A stretch of DNA of 64,000 bases from Pseudomonadota bacterium (GTDB lineage Bacteria > Desulfobacterota > Desulfobacteria > Desulfobacterales > UBA11574): positions 7,795 to 71,794 of the forward strand of contig JBDRPF010000071.1 of NCBI GenBank assembly GCA_043827325.1. The letters run 5' to 3'. Under the pieces are notes generated by a model. It made no database searches. It had not been told where the DNA came from and worked only from the letters and a program-made list of their open reading frames with translations. Of this stretch, positions 1-9,478 are shown one piece after another. Position 1 is the first letter of the stretch; the number at the start of each line of letters is the position of its first letter. The position numbers were made by a program, and so were the translations under genes.

Positions 1-283
1 GCTCAAAAAATTTAATTCTAAGGGTTGATTTAGTAAAAAGTTGTCAGTCTATCAAAAATTAAAACAAATGAGCGAAAGAAATAATAAATTGATTTTCTGT
101 GGAAAGGAGGTGAATTTTCAATAACCTGTCTCTGCCGCCTGCCTGAACAACGGCAGAAAAGGAATTGAAAAACCCGGCGTTAATCAGCCTTGAACTCCTT
201 CTCTCTGTTTTGATGCGATATGAAACGGACCGTCGGGTTCAAGGCACGTGTTAAATTCATTATACTAAAGGGAGGTTTAAACT

Positions 284-1930
284 ATGGGTAAAATACCGGA
301 AAACATGCTGCCACCGAAAGATCTGTGGCCTGAATATTTAGTTCCAGAAGAGTTTGCAGATACGCCGGATGAGTTAAATCTGGCTGACTTTCTGCTCGAC
401 CGCCATGTACGCGAAGGCAGGGGTGACAATGCTGCTATCAAGTTTATGGACCAGACCATCTCCTATGCCAAGCTGCAGGAAATGGTCAATAAGTTCGGGA
501 ACGCGCTCAAAAACGTCGGCGTTGGAGCCCAGGACCGAGTGGGGATTCGTCTGGTGAATTCCATTCAGGCCCTGGTGGCCATCTTTGCCATTGAAAAAAT
601 CGGCGCGATTCCGGTACCCACTTCTCCGCTATGGTCCGGCGAAGAAGTCGCCTTTGTGGCCAACAATGCCGAGATGAAACTTTTTATTGTCAATGCCCCG
701 TTGATGCCTCCGGTTGAGCAGGCCAAACCGAATTTTAAATACGGCACCAAGGTCATCGTCATCGGCGGAGAAGCCGCCGCAGTAAAGACGGCCGGCAACC
801 TGGTCTACGAAGAGATGCTCGCGGCCGGTTCCGACAAGCTGGAAGCCACCATGCTCAAGGGAACCGACATCGGCATCATGTTATACACCTCGGGCACCAC
901 CGGCATGCCCAAAGGCTGCGTGCACTTTGTAAAACCGATTGTTATCGAGACCAAATTAGTCAACAAGCATGTTTACAATATGAAACCCGGTGATTGTCTG
1001 GGCGGGGCCGCGCCGGTTTCCTTTGCGGCCGGTTTCGGCACCTTCACCCTGATGCCGTTTGAAGGGGGCGCCGCTATTTCCCTGATTCCAAAGTTCACAC
1101 CGCCGGACATGCTGGATCTGATTCAAAAACATAAAATCACCATCCTCACCGGTCTGCCCACCGGCTACCGCGCCCTGATGAAGTTCCCAAAATTCAAGGA
1201 TTATGACACCAGTTCGATCCGTCTCTACACCTCGGGGGGCGACGCTCTGGGCGTTGAAACGCTCGAGGGTTGGAGAGCACTAACCGGAAAGCCCATCTGG
1301 GAAGGCTTGGGCGGCACGGAGATGCTGCACCTGGTCACTTCCAATACCATGAACGACGAACCGATGCCCAACTCCATCGGCAGAGCCCTGCCCGGCGTAC
1401 AGTGCAAGGTCGTGGATGCAGACTGGAATGACTGCAAACCGGACCAGGTCGGCAGCATGGTTATTAAGGGACCCTCGGGAAGCCTGTACTGGAAGCCTTA
1501 CGAGGATAACGAAAAGCTCATCAAATCCCAAAAGAAGGGCGTGGTCAACGGCTGGAACCAGATGGGTGACGCGGTTTTCATGAAAGAAGACGGCAACATC
1601 TTCTTCGTTTCCCGCGAAGACGATATGATCAAGAGCTCCGGCTACCGTATCGGGCCTGCCGAGGTGGAAGAAGCCATCGAAAAGTTTCCGGGTGTTGCCG
1701 AAGCCGGCATAATCGGCATTCCTGATCCGGACAAGGGCCAGATTACCAAGGCCTTTGTGGTGCTGAAGGAAGGCGTTGAAGGCAACGACGAGTTCTTTGA
1801 AAACCTCAAAACATTCTTGAAAGAACACATTGCCATCTACAAACTGCCCAGAGAAATCGAATACAGAACCGAGCTGCCGCGCACACCCACCGGCAAGCTC
1901 TTGCGCCGTCATCTGCGCCCGGCCAAATAA
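284..1930 (+). CDS. AMP-forming acyl/aryl-CoA ligase (benzoate/2-aminobenzoate-CoA ligase-like)
   Basis: 548 aa; AMP-binding motif LYTSGTTGMPKG, WEGLGGTE, GD..., REDDMIKSSG, C-terminal PRTPTGK; SD GGAGG upstream. Confidence 0.85.
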   Translation: MGKIPENMLPPKDLWPEYLVPEEFADTPDELNLADFLLDRHVREGRGDNAAIKFMDQTISYAKLQEMVNKFGNALKNVGVGAQDRVGIRLVNSIQALVAIFAIEKIGAIPVPTSPLWSGEEVAFVANNAEMKLFIVNAPLMPPVEQAKPNFKYGTKVIVIGGEAAAVKTAGNLVYEEMLAAGSDKLEATMLKGTDIGIMLYTSGTTGMPKGCVHFVKPIVIETKLVNKHVYNMKPGDCLGGAAPVSFAAGFGTFTLMPFEGGAAISLIPKFTPPDMLDLIQKHKITILTGLPTGYRALMKFPKFKDYDTSSIRLYTSGGDALGVETLEGWRALTGKPIWEGLGGTEMLHLVTSNTMNDEPMPNSIGRALPGVQCKVVDADWNDCKPDQVGSMVIKGPSGSLYWKPYEDNEKLIKSQKKGVVNGWNQMGDAVFMKEDGNIFFVSREDDMIKSSGYRIGPAEVEEAIEKFPGVAEAGIIGIPDPDKGQITKAFVVLKEGVEGNDEFFENLKTFLKEHIAIYKLPREIEYRTELPRTPTGKLLRRHLRPAK

Positions 1931-1963
1931 GGCGCACCTGTCAGACGCATTTTCAAACGCACG

Positions 1964-2000
1964 ATCCCCTCACCTCTTTCGGGGTGGGGGGATTTTTTTT
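1964..2000 (+). terminator. Rho-independent terminator
   Basis: hairpin ATCCCCTCACCTC-TTTC-GGGGTGGGGGGAT followed by a T-run, just after the CoA ligase stop. Confidence 0.75.
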
Positions 2001-2001
2001 T

Positions 2002-2053
2002 GGCAAAATAATTACGGGCAAAATAATTTGCTGTTTATCAAATCATTTATGCC
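2002..2053. repeat. GGCAAAATAAT inverted dimer repeat, copy A
   Basis: two GGCAAAATAAT units at 15-bp spacing (2002, 2017) and an inverted degenerate ATCATTTATGCC; same family at 12957-13017 and 14602-14668. Confidence 0.65.
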
Positions 2054-2236
2054 ACCCCGAACAGGCGCGTTCGTCCGTATATTCTTGAACGCATAATCCC
2101 ATTATTTCATCAGGGTGGTGTGATCTTTTATTAAATTAAATCCCATAAAACCGGTATGGTATAGCCCGCCTCAACTTCCTGAGAATTTAAAACAATTTTT
2201 GCAATTGCCCTTTACACGGGTGGCCATTTGAAATAC

Positions 2237-2263
2237 ATATAAAATCGCATCGCGATTTTATAT
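2237..2263. repeat. ATAAAATCG-Nx-CGATTTTAT palindrome
   Basis: ATATAAAATCGC-ATC-GCGATTTTATAT; related copies at 17820, 32457, 46337, 50229. Confidence 0.65.
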
Positions 2264-2279
2264 AAAAGGAGGAAAAACG

Positions 2280-3239
2280 ATGGTAAATTTGCCGGTTGCA
2301 TTAAAACCCGCGGAACGTGTCGAAATCACCACGCTGATCGATAATTACATCGATCTTCTCTTGCCCCCTACAGACATCGTCACACGGCCGCCGCTGGCCA
2401 AAGGCGGAAAAATTCTGGCCGACACGCTGCTGGCGGAGCACGGCCTGTCACTGCTCGTCACCGTTTACAACGGAGAACAAAAAAATACCGTCCTCTTTGA
2501 CACCGGATACACCGGTGTCGGCGTACTCCACAATATGGAAAAACTGGAAGTGCGTATCGAGGACATCGAAGCCATCGTCATCAGCCACGGACACATGGAC
2601 CACACCGGTTCCCTGATCCCCATTCTCGACAAAATACCCGGCCGGATTCCGCTGGTGCTTCATCCGGGCGCTTTTATATATCCCCGGTACACCGCCGCCC
2701 CGGACGGTGCCAAGCGCCTGTGGCCCAGAACCCTGGTGAGGGATGAACTGGTACAAAAAAACATCGAACTTGTGGAAAGTAAAACACCGACGCTCATCGC
2801 TGGCGACAGAATCATGGTCACCGGCGAAGTGAAGCGCACCACACCATTTGAAAAAGGGATGCCCAACGCGCTTCTGGAGAGAGATGGAAAATTCGTGCAG
2901 GATCCCATCTCGGAAGACCAGGCGATTGTCGTAAACCTCAAAGACAAGGGGTTGGTGGTCATTTCCGGCTGCGCGCACGCAGGGATCGTCAATACGGTCA
3001 TGTCGGCCCGGAAAGCCGCCGGGGAAGAGGCTGTCCATGCGGTCCTCGGGGGATTTCACCTCTCCGGTCCTTTTTTTGAGAAGATCCACGATGACACGGT
3101 CCTGGAATTGAAAAAGATTGACCCGGAGGTCGTTGTACCCATGCACTGTACGGGATGGAAGGCCATTCAGCGATTCCAGAAAGAATTTCCCTCCCAGTTT
3201 GTGCTCAACAGCGTGGGGTCCAAAATAACGCTTTCCTGA
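2280..3239 (+). CDS. MBL-fold metallo-hydrolase
   Basis: AEHGLS, LFDTG, SHGHMDHTG, SGCAHAG, GGFHL, PMHCTG motifs. Confidence 0.85.
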   Translation: MVNLPVALKPAERVEITTLIDNYIDLLLPPTDIVTRPPLAKGGKILADTLLAEHGLSLLVTVYNGEQKNTVLFDTGYTGVGVLHNMEKLEVRIEDIEAIVISHGHMDHTGSLIPILDKIPGRIPLVLHPGAFIYPRYTAAPDGAKRLWPRTLVRDELVQKNIELVESKTPTLIAGDRIMVTGEVKRTTPFEKGMPNALLERDGKFVQDPISEDQAIVVNLKDKGLVVISGCAHAGIVNTVMSARKAAGEEAVHAVLGGFHLSGPFFEKIHDDTVLELKKIDPEVVVPMHCTGWKAIQRFQKEFPSQFVLNSVGSKITLS

Positions 3240-3317
3240 TGCCTCAGAGATAAGCGGACAGGCGCATTTTTAACACCCTGATTTTTATTAAAACGATAAT
3301 GTTTTTGTAATATGTTC

Positions 3318-3356
3318 AATTTCGAATATCGAACACTGAATATCGAATGTCGAAGG
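3318..3356. repeat. degenerate 7-bp tandem repeat (GAATATC-like)
   Basis: CAATTTC GAATATC GAACACT GAATATC GAATGTC GAAGG. Confidence 0.55.
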
Positions 3357-3362
3357 TTAGCC

Positions 3363-4601
3363 ATGAAAATAAAACCTGAAAATTATCGAAACGTTCTCCT
3401 GTTCTTTTTTAAACATATCGCTGTCGTTGTCTGTCTGTTGATTTCATCCTTTTTAAGTGACGCCGGCGCAGCCTCAACCATAAAGATCGGCGAGATCAAC
3501 CCTCTCTCAGGAAGGTTCGCCCAGCAGGGTCTTGAGATCCATCAGGGTGTAAAAGTCGCGTTGGCCGAAGCAAACGAAGCCGGCGGGATCGGCGGTCAAA
3601 TGCTGGAGCTTGTCTCCCGTGATGATCAGAGCCTGCCGGATGTGGCCATCTCCAGGGCTGAAGAATTGTGCGGAAAAATTGATGTGCTTGCAATTACAGG
3701 TGGTTACGTGGATTCCCTGGTGGGACCCATCAGCGAAGTGGCCAGAAAATATAAAACACCCTACGTGGCCAGTGCGAGCCTTCAAAAGGAACTGGCAATG
3801 AACGAAAACCCTTATTTTTTCAGGGTCTCAAGGCTTCAGGGATTCGTTGAACCGCTTTGCAATGCCCTTGCCGAACAGTTTCAACCCGAACGACTGGCCA
3901 TCATTCACGCATCAACCCCCGGATCTACGGAACTCGCCCGGGACCTGGAAGCCTGCCTTCAGGCCCGCGGCACGACCGTGGCACTCATGGAAAAATTTCG
4001 TCCCGGCACGCCCGATTTCACACCGCTTATCGGCAAGCTTTCCAGCATGAACGTTGATGTTATCGTCTCCGGCGGCTTCACCCCGGACCACATGCTTCTG
4101 ATACGCCAACTCAAGGAAAACAGGGTAAGCCCCAAAGCCTACATCGGTCCTTTCGGCATCGCATATGAAAGCTTTATTCAGGCAATGGGTGACAACGCCG
4201 AATACATGTACAGTACATCCGCCTGGGGTCCTGAGTTCACGCTTCCGGGTACGGAAAAAACTTCAGCGGCATTTGTCCAAAGATTCCGCCAGATGTTCAA
4301 CGGGCAGCCCAATACGACAAACATGCACGGTTACACTTCCGCCCGGGCACTGATCGCGGCCATGGGGGAAGTCGTGAACCGCGACATGCCGCTCACCGGC
4401 GATAATATTCGCCGGATGCTTTCTGAAATTGACATGGCGCTTCCCATGGAACAGCTTGTCTTTGACCCGCAGGGGGATCCCATGCACTACAGTCACGTGG
4501 TCGTTCAAATTCAGAAAGGTAAAATCGAAGCAGTCTATCCACCGGAACGAGCTACCGCAACGGCAATCTATCCCGTGCCGGGATGGGATCAGAGGAAATG
4601 A
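3363..4601 (+). CDS. Liv-type (HAAT) ABC transporter substrate-binding protein
   Basis: signal-like N-terminus, IKIGEINPLSG, N.AGGIGG..LELVSRDD; start moved to ATG 3363 because the longer ORF runs through the repeat. Confidence 0.85.
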   Translation: MKIKPENYRNVLLFFFKHIAVVVCLLISSFLSDAGAASTIKIGEINPLSGRFAQQGLEIHQGVKVALAEANEAGGIGGQMLELVSRDDQSLPDVAISRAEELCGKIDVLAITGGYVDSLVGPISEVARKYKTPYVASASLQKELAMNENPYFFRVSRLQGFVEPLCNALAEQFQPERLAIIHASTPGSTELARDLEACLQARGTTVALMEKFRPGTPDFTPLIGKLSSMNVDVIVSGGFTPDHMLLIRQLKENRVSPKAYIGPFGIAYESFIQAMGDNAEYMYSTSAWGPEFTLPGTEKTSAAFVQRFRQMFNGQPNTTNMHGYTSARALIAAMGEVVNRDMPLTGDNIRRMLSEIDMALPMEQLVFDPQGDPMHYSHVVVQIQKGKIEAVYPPERATATAIYPVPGWDQRK

Positions 4602-5458
4602 TGTGGACCACAGCGCTCGTTTCCGGAATCTCCCTAGGTTCATTCTATACCCTTATTGCTCTGGGGTTCGCCCTGATTTACGGGGTAACCCGTAATTTCA
4701 ATCTTGCACACGGTGAACTCCTGGTGCTGGCAGGCTACACGGCGTACTGGCTCTGGAAGACATGGGCCATCCCTTTCCTGGTAACATTCCCGGCCGCCAT
4801 CATCGTTATTCTCGGCGTCTGCCTTGTCCTCCAACGCCTTTTTTCGCGACTCGGTGAACCACGGGAGTTGAATTCCATTGTACTGAGCTTCGGCATTGCA
4901 ATTCTTTTGCAAAACGCAATGCTCTTCCTTTTTTCCGGTGATTATCGGCTCATTCGGGTACCTACCCTTGGCAAGGGGCTCTTTCTGTTTGATTCTTACG
5001 TCAGCTACAGTCAGCTCATATTGCTTCTGCTGTCCCTGGTTGTGATCGGATTGCTCTCCCTGCTCATGAATCGCACCTACCTGGGCAAGGCGCTGAGAGC
5101 CACCATCCAGGACAAGGAAGCAGCCGCACTTGCCGGTATCAATATCAAGGCCATGGGAACTCTCGCCTTCGGCCTGGGCGCCATGCTTATCGGGCTGGCA
5201 GGACCGCTTTACGGCGCCACGCACTATCTCTATCCATCAACCGGGCACGGCGTCACTCTGCTGGCCATCACGATCACCATTTTTGCGGGTGTCGGCCGTA
5301 TCCGTGGGGTCATTCTGGCAGGATGGATCCTGGGGCTGGCGGAATCGGCAACGGTGATTCTGCTGGGTGCCAGCTGGCGGGAAATGGTCGGCGCCGTCCT
5401 GCTGATTTCCCTTCTGGCCCTCAAACCCCGCGGTATCCTCGGAAAAGAAGAGCAGTGA
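4598..5458 (+). CDS. livH: Liv-type ABC permease (LivH-like)
   Basis: ALGFALIYGVTRNFNLAHGE, GKALRATIQDKEAAALAGIN, KPRGILG; ATGA overlap with the upstream stop. Confidence 0.85.
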   Translation: MMWTTALVSGISLGSFYTLIALGFALIYGVTRNFNLAHGELLVLAGYTAYWLWKTWAIPFLVTFPAAIIVILGVCLVLQRLFSRLGEPRELNSIVLSFGIAILLQNAMLFLFSGDYRLIRVPTLGKGLFLFDSYVSYSQLILLLLSLVVIGLLSLLMNRTYLGKALRATIQDKEAAALAGINIKAMGTLAFGLGAMLIGLAGPLYGATHYLYPSTGHGVTLLAITITIFAGVGRIRGVILAGWILGLAESATVILLGASWREMVGAVLLISLLALKPRGILGKEEQ

Positions 5459-5470
5459 AAAATACAGTCA

Positions 5471-6463
5471 ATGACTTTATCTGTTGCAAAAGACACAAAA
5501 GTTAGATCCAGAGGAATAAAACTCGATGATAGCGGTCTTGTGCTGCTTTTCTTTGTTTTGCTTCTGCTGCCCCTTCTGGTTCGGCACGACGACTACATAT
5601 TACAGGTGTTCACCCACGCCCTGCTCCTTGCCACCCTGGCGCTCGCATGGAACATCCTGGGGATCAGCGGTTCAATCTCTCTCGGGCATGCAGCCTTTTT
5701 CGGTGCAGGCGCCTACACATCAGCCCTGCTCAGTCTCGAAGCCGGGCTTTCACCCTGGCTCACCATACCCCTGGGTGGTTTGCTCTCCACCGGTCTCGGC
5801 CTGGTCATGAGCATGGTCTGTCTGCGGTTGAGGGGCGCCTACTTTGCACTGGCAACCCTTGCCTTTGTGGAGATACCCAGGGTCATCACCGACAACTGGG
5901 ACTGGCTGACACGGGGTTCCCTCGGGTTGGTCGGATTGCCGGGGTTGCCGTCGCTGCACCTGGGTTCACGATCTTTTCATATCGGCTCCAGTGTTACCGC
6001 CTCTTACTATCTCGTCTTTGTCTATGCCTTATTCCTGTCGTGTCTGGTGGGATTTATCTTTCGCTCCAATCTGGGAATCGCCCTGCAGGCCGCCAGAGAG
6101 GAAGAGGTCGCGGCTCAATCCGTCGGTATCCGGGTTGAAAGATTTCGCCTGTTCTCGCTGCTGGTGAGCGCGTTTTTCGCCGGCGTCAGCGGTGCCTGTT
6201 ATGCGCACCTGGTCCGCTATATCGGACCCGAGCTGGTCTATGGTATCCATTTTTCAGCCGCTCCGATGATCTTTGCCCTTTGCGGCGGGCGATTTACCAT
6301 CTTGGGTCCTGCGCTTGCAGCACTGATCCTCTACCCGATGGATCAATTCATATTTCACCCCCTGCTCCCCGCGGGCCACGAGTTTCTCTATGGCGCGGTG
6401 CTCGTCCTGGTTGTCATCTACATGCCCCGGGGCTTTTGGGGGAGTATACGGAAAGCGCCTTGA
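5471..6463 (+). CDS. livM: Liv-type ABC permease (LivM-like)
   Basis: SLGHAAFFGAGAY, LRGAYFALATLAF, AAREEEVAAQSVGI, PRG. Confidence 0.85.
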   Translation: MTLSVAKDTKVRSRGIKLDDSGLVLLFFVLLLLPLLVRHDDYILQVFTHALLLATLALAWNILGISGSISLGHAAFFGAGAYTSALLSLEAGLSPWLTIPLGGLLSTGLGLVMSMVCLRLRGAYFALATLAFVEIPRVITDNWDWLTRGSLGLVGLPGLPSLHLGSRSFHIGSSVTASYYLVFVYALFLSCLVGFIFRSNLGIALQAAREEEVAAQSVGIRVERFRLFSLLVSAFFAGVSGACYAHLVRYIGPELVYGIHFSAAPMIFALCGGRFTILGPALAALILYPMDQFIFHPLLPAGHEFLYGAVLVLVVIYMPRGFWGSIRKAP

Positions 6464-7203
6464 CACTTCTGCAACTGCATAAAATTACCAAAACATTCGG
6501 TGAAATCCGCGCACTGAATGGAATTGACTTCACGGTCAAAGAAGGTGAGGTCGTCGGACTGGTGGGTCCCAACGGGGCCGGAAAAACGACCCTGTTCAAT
6601 CTGCTCAGCGGCCGGTTCAGACCCGACAGCGGCAGAATTATATTTGCCGGCAGGGAAATTACCGGCCTTAAACCGCATGCGATCTGCCGATTGGGAATCA
6701 GCAGGACCTTTCAATCCTCCCGGCCGTTCGCAAAAATGACGGCCCTGGATAACGTAATCGTGGGTTGCATTTTTGGCAAAGGGTTTTACCTGCGCCCTCG
6801 CGGAGAGGATAAAGACACGGCACGGGAACTTCTGGAAGTGGTGGGTATCGCCCACAAAGCCGATACACTCGGTGGGGATCTCACGCTCAGTGAGCTGCGC
6901 CGGCTGGACTTGGCGCGCGCGCTGGCCACCCGGCCGCGGCTCCTGTTGCTGGACGAGGTGGCGGCCGGGTTCAGCCCGGTGGCCGTGAAGCAGGCGGTGA
7001 AGCTAGTCCTCAGGGTCCGTGACAGGGGTGTGACGCTGCTGGTCATCGACCACTTTCTCAACCTGAGCTTGAAAGTGTCGGACCGGCTGATCGCCCTGGA
7101 TTTCGGTGAAAAGATTGCCGAGGGCCGGCCGGGTGAGGTGATGAAAAACCCGGAGGTGATACAGGCGTATCTTGGCCTGCGTCACGAGGAGGAGCACGAG
7201 TAA
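6460..7203 (+). CDS. livG: Liv-type ABC ATPase (LivG-like)
   Basis: Walker A GPNGAGKTT, ISRTFQ, LLLLDE, V..AYLG; TTG start overlapping the livM stop. Confidence 0.85.
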   Translation: MTLLQLHKITKTFGEIRALNGIDFTVKEGEVVGLVGPNGAGKTTLFNLLSGRFRPDSGRIIFAGREITGLKPHAICRLGISRTFQSSRPFAKMTALDNVIVGCIFGKGFYLRPRGEDKDTARELLEVVGIAHKADTLGGDLTLSELRRLDLARALATRPRLLLLDEVAAGFSPVAVKQAVKLVLRVRDRGVTLLVIDHFLNLSLKVSDRLIALDFGEKIAEGRPGEVMKNPEVIQAYLGLRHEEEHE

Positions 7204-7275
7204 AAAGCCTATATCCTAAAAATTCGGTTTGGGTTTTGTTAAAAAATGACAGGTTTTCGTAAGTTCTTAAGATTA

Positions 7276-7305
7276 TGGAGTGGTGGAGTAATGGAGTAAT
7301 GGAAT
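7276..7305 (+). repeat. left 8-bp tandem array (TGGAGTAA-type) flanking the four-helix-bundle gene
   Basis: TGGAGTGG TGGAGTAA TGGAGTAA TGGAAT abutting ATG 7306. Confidence 0.8.
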
Positions 7306-7740
7306 ATGCGTAAAAACAAGAATCGAGGGTATCAAAAATTGAGAGTATGGAATGATGCGATCGATTATTATGTAAAAACATGTAAGGTTTTCCGCAGATT
7401 TCCCTATGAATTAAAGCGAATCGCATCGCAGGCAATAGCAGCGAGTGATTCTGTCCATCGCAACATTTCTGAAGGGTATTGCAGGCGTTCAATCAATGAA
7501 TATCTGTATTTTCTTAATATAGCACTTGGCTCACTTGGTGAATCCGTATCAGGGCTTTATGCCTATCGAGAAGCGAATCAAATTACAGAAGACGAATTTC
7601 AAACGTTGGATACGTTGGCCTTTAAGCTGGAAAATGGCCTTCTAAAGCTCGTTGAAAGCCTTGAAGCAAAACGAGAACGAGGGGAATGGACGGACTGTTT
7701 GATGATTAAGGAAAGCAACTCAATTTATGGCAACGAATGA
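7306..7740 (+). CDS. four helix bundle protein (23S_rRNA_IVP / TIGR02436 / bAvd-like fold)
   Basis: YQKLRVW, SQ...ASDSVHRNISEGYCR, YLYFLNIALGSLGE match the family pattern; AT-richer than the flanks. Confidence 0.85.
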   Translation: MRKNKNRGYQKLRVWNDAIDYYVKTCKVFRRFPYELKRIASQAIAASDSVHRNISEGYCRRSINEYLYFLNIALGSLGESVSGLYAYREANQITEDEFQTLDTLAFKLENGLLKLVESLEAKRERGEWTDCLMIKESNSIYGNE

Positions 7741-7776
7741 CCATCACTCCAGTACTCCAACACTCCAATACTCCAT
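7741..7776 (-). repeat. right 8-bp tandem array (TACTCCA-type), inverted relative to 7276-7305
   Basis: CCATCACTCCAGTACTCCAACACTCCAATACTCCAT directly after the stop codon. Confidence 0.8.
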
Positions 7777-7841
7777 TTTTATATCGATATATTCATGCTA
7801 TACTCAACCCATAGTTTTTTAAGAACGTTAAAATAGATGAT

Positions 7842-8594
7842 ATGCAAAATATGGAAACTATCAAACCACTGATGTCCGTATGCAACCTGACCGTTTACTA
7901 CGGTGACGTTCAGGTACTCTCCCGGGTGAACTTAACGGTTTGTTCCGGGCAGATCGTCTCGATTGTCGGGCTCAACGGTTCCGGGAAAACCACACTGATG
8001 AAATCGATTGCGGGCCTGATCCGTCCGGTTCAGGGTGCCGTCACCTATGAAAATGAGCAAATCCAGAAGCTTCCCGTGCATGAAGTCGTTCGCAGAGGGC
8101 TTGTTTATATTCCGGAAGGCATGAAGGTCTTTCCGGTCATGAATGTGCTGGAAAATCTGGAAATCGGCGCCTACATTTCACGGGGGCAGAAAAAAGACCG
8201 GCTCGATTTTGTGTTCGAAATCTTCCCGGTCCTGGCGGAAAAGCGTCGAAAGCTGTCCGGGACTTTGAGCGGCGGACAGAAACGGATGTTGACCGTGGCA
8301 CGGGGGCTCATGAGCGGCGCCCGTCTCCTTTTGCTGGACGACCCTTTTCTCGGCCTGGCACCAAAGGATGTAAACCGGCTCTGCAACACGCTGAAACAGA
8401 TACGCCGCCGCGGATTTACCCTGCTGCTGGCAGGACAGCACGTCCGTCGGATTCTGAAGGTTGCCACAAAGGCCTATCTTTTAGAGGAGGGAAAGATCAC
8501 TCTTTCCGGCACCGGAGATCAGTTGATGGGCCACCCCCACCTTCAGGAAAGCCTGTACGGCGTAGTTGCCGGGGCAGGTGTTGAAATACCGTAA
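7842..8594 (+). CDS. livF: Liv-type ABC ATPase (LivF-like)
   Basis: GLNGSGKTT, YIPEG..VF, LSGGQKRML, LLLLDDP. Confidence 0.85.
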   Translation: MQNMETIKPLMSVCNLTVYYGDVQVLSRVNLTVCSGQIVSIVGLNGSGKTTLMKSIAGLIRPVQGAVTYENEQIQKLPVHEVVRRGLVYIPEGMKVFPVMNVLENLEIGAYISRGQKKDRLDFVFEIFPVLAEKRRKLSGTLSGGQKRMLTVARGLMSGARLLLLDDPFLGLAPKDVNRLCNTLKQIRRRGFTLLLAGQHVRRILKVATKAYLLEEGKITLSGTGDQLMGHPHLQESLYGVVAGAGVEIP

Positions 8595-8681
8595 CAAATG
8601 TTCTGGCAGAAGAAACAAAGCAAAGCCATCCGGGTCCAAAGGACCGGGCTTTTCAGGGCTAAACAAGTCTGACATTTTGCG

Positions 8682-8709
8682 TTGACAACGGACACATATA
8701 TGTTAACTT
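8682..8709 (+). promoter_or_regulatory. putative sigma70 promoter and operator of vapBC
   Basis: TTGACA-16 nt-TAACTT with palindrome ACATATATGT in the spacer. Confidence 0.5.
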
Positions 8710-8750
8710 ATACCCAAAACAGATATTAACGACGAACCGGGAGGTGCCAT

Positions 8751-8981
8751 ATGGGACAGGTTACCATTTATCTTGACCCTGAAACGGAGAGCAAAATGCT
8801 CAACATGATAAAAAAAAGCGGTATTTCCAAAAGCAAATGGATTGCTGAATTAATCCGAGACAAAACGGCCAACGCCTGGCCGGAAAACGTCAAAAAACTT
8901 GCAGGGGCCTGGGAAGATCTGCCGACGGCCGAAAAAATCAGAGAAGACATGGCGAATGATGCGGAGAGGGAATCGATCTGA
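8751..8981 (+). CDS. vapB: RHH/CopG-like antitoxin (VapB-type)
   Basis: 76 aa, MGQVTIYLD..SKSKWIAELI; stop overlaps the PIN toxin start. Confidence 0.7.
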   Translation: MGQVTIYLDPETESKMLNMIKKSGISKSKWIAELIRDKTANAWPENVKKLAGAWEDLPTAEKIREDMANDAERESI

Positions 8982-9382
8982 TGTATATTCTCGACACAAA
9001 TACCCTGGTTTATTTTTTTAAGGGCGTGGGAAATGTTTCCAAACATATGCTCACGGTACCGCCAAAAGATATTGGCATCCCTACCATTGTTCTTTTTGAG
9101 TTAGAATTGGGGATCGCAAAATCAACATCGCCCGAGAAAAGACAGACTCAACTGAAAAATTTAACCGCCGTTGTTAACATTCTTCCTTTTGGTTATGACG
9201 AGGTAAAATGCGCGGCGTCCATCCGTATTAATCTGGAGCGAAAAGGAATGCCCATCGGTCCATACGACATACTGATTGCCGGAGTTGCAATGGCGAACAA
9301 AGGCATCCTTGTAACCCACAACGCAAAGGAGTTCGGGCGTATAAAAGGTATTCAGGTTGAAGACTGGTATGAAGCAAATTAA
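8981..9382 (+). CDS. vapC: PIN-domain toxin VapC
   Basis: YILDTN, LFEL..G, IGPYDILIAG, LVTHN..EF..I.G..VEDW. Confidence 0.9.
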   Translation: MYILDTNTLVYFFKGVGNVSKHMLTVPPKDIGIPTIVLFELELGIAKSTSPEKRQTQLKNLTAVVNILPFGYDEVKCAASIRINLERKGMPIGPYDILIAGVAMANKGILVTHNAKEFGRIKGIQVEDWYEAN

Positions 9383-9478
9383 ATGCCTATTGACTTACCG
9401 AAAAAAAGTTGGATATTCTTTACCACATGATTTTCATTCAGAGATTGCAAACCATTCTATTCTTCACGGAGGTAAAAC

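Noticed and set aside
3312-3362. N-terminal extensions in the ORF track (also 9922, 13013, 15309, 29512, 56200, 59178, 59929)
   Set aside because: They run through repeats or neighbouring genes; downstream starts fit SD position and family N-termini (e.g. the Met-Cys required for the Ntn hydrolase).
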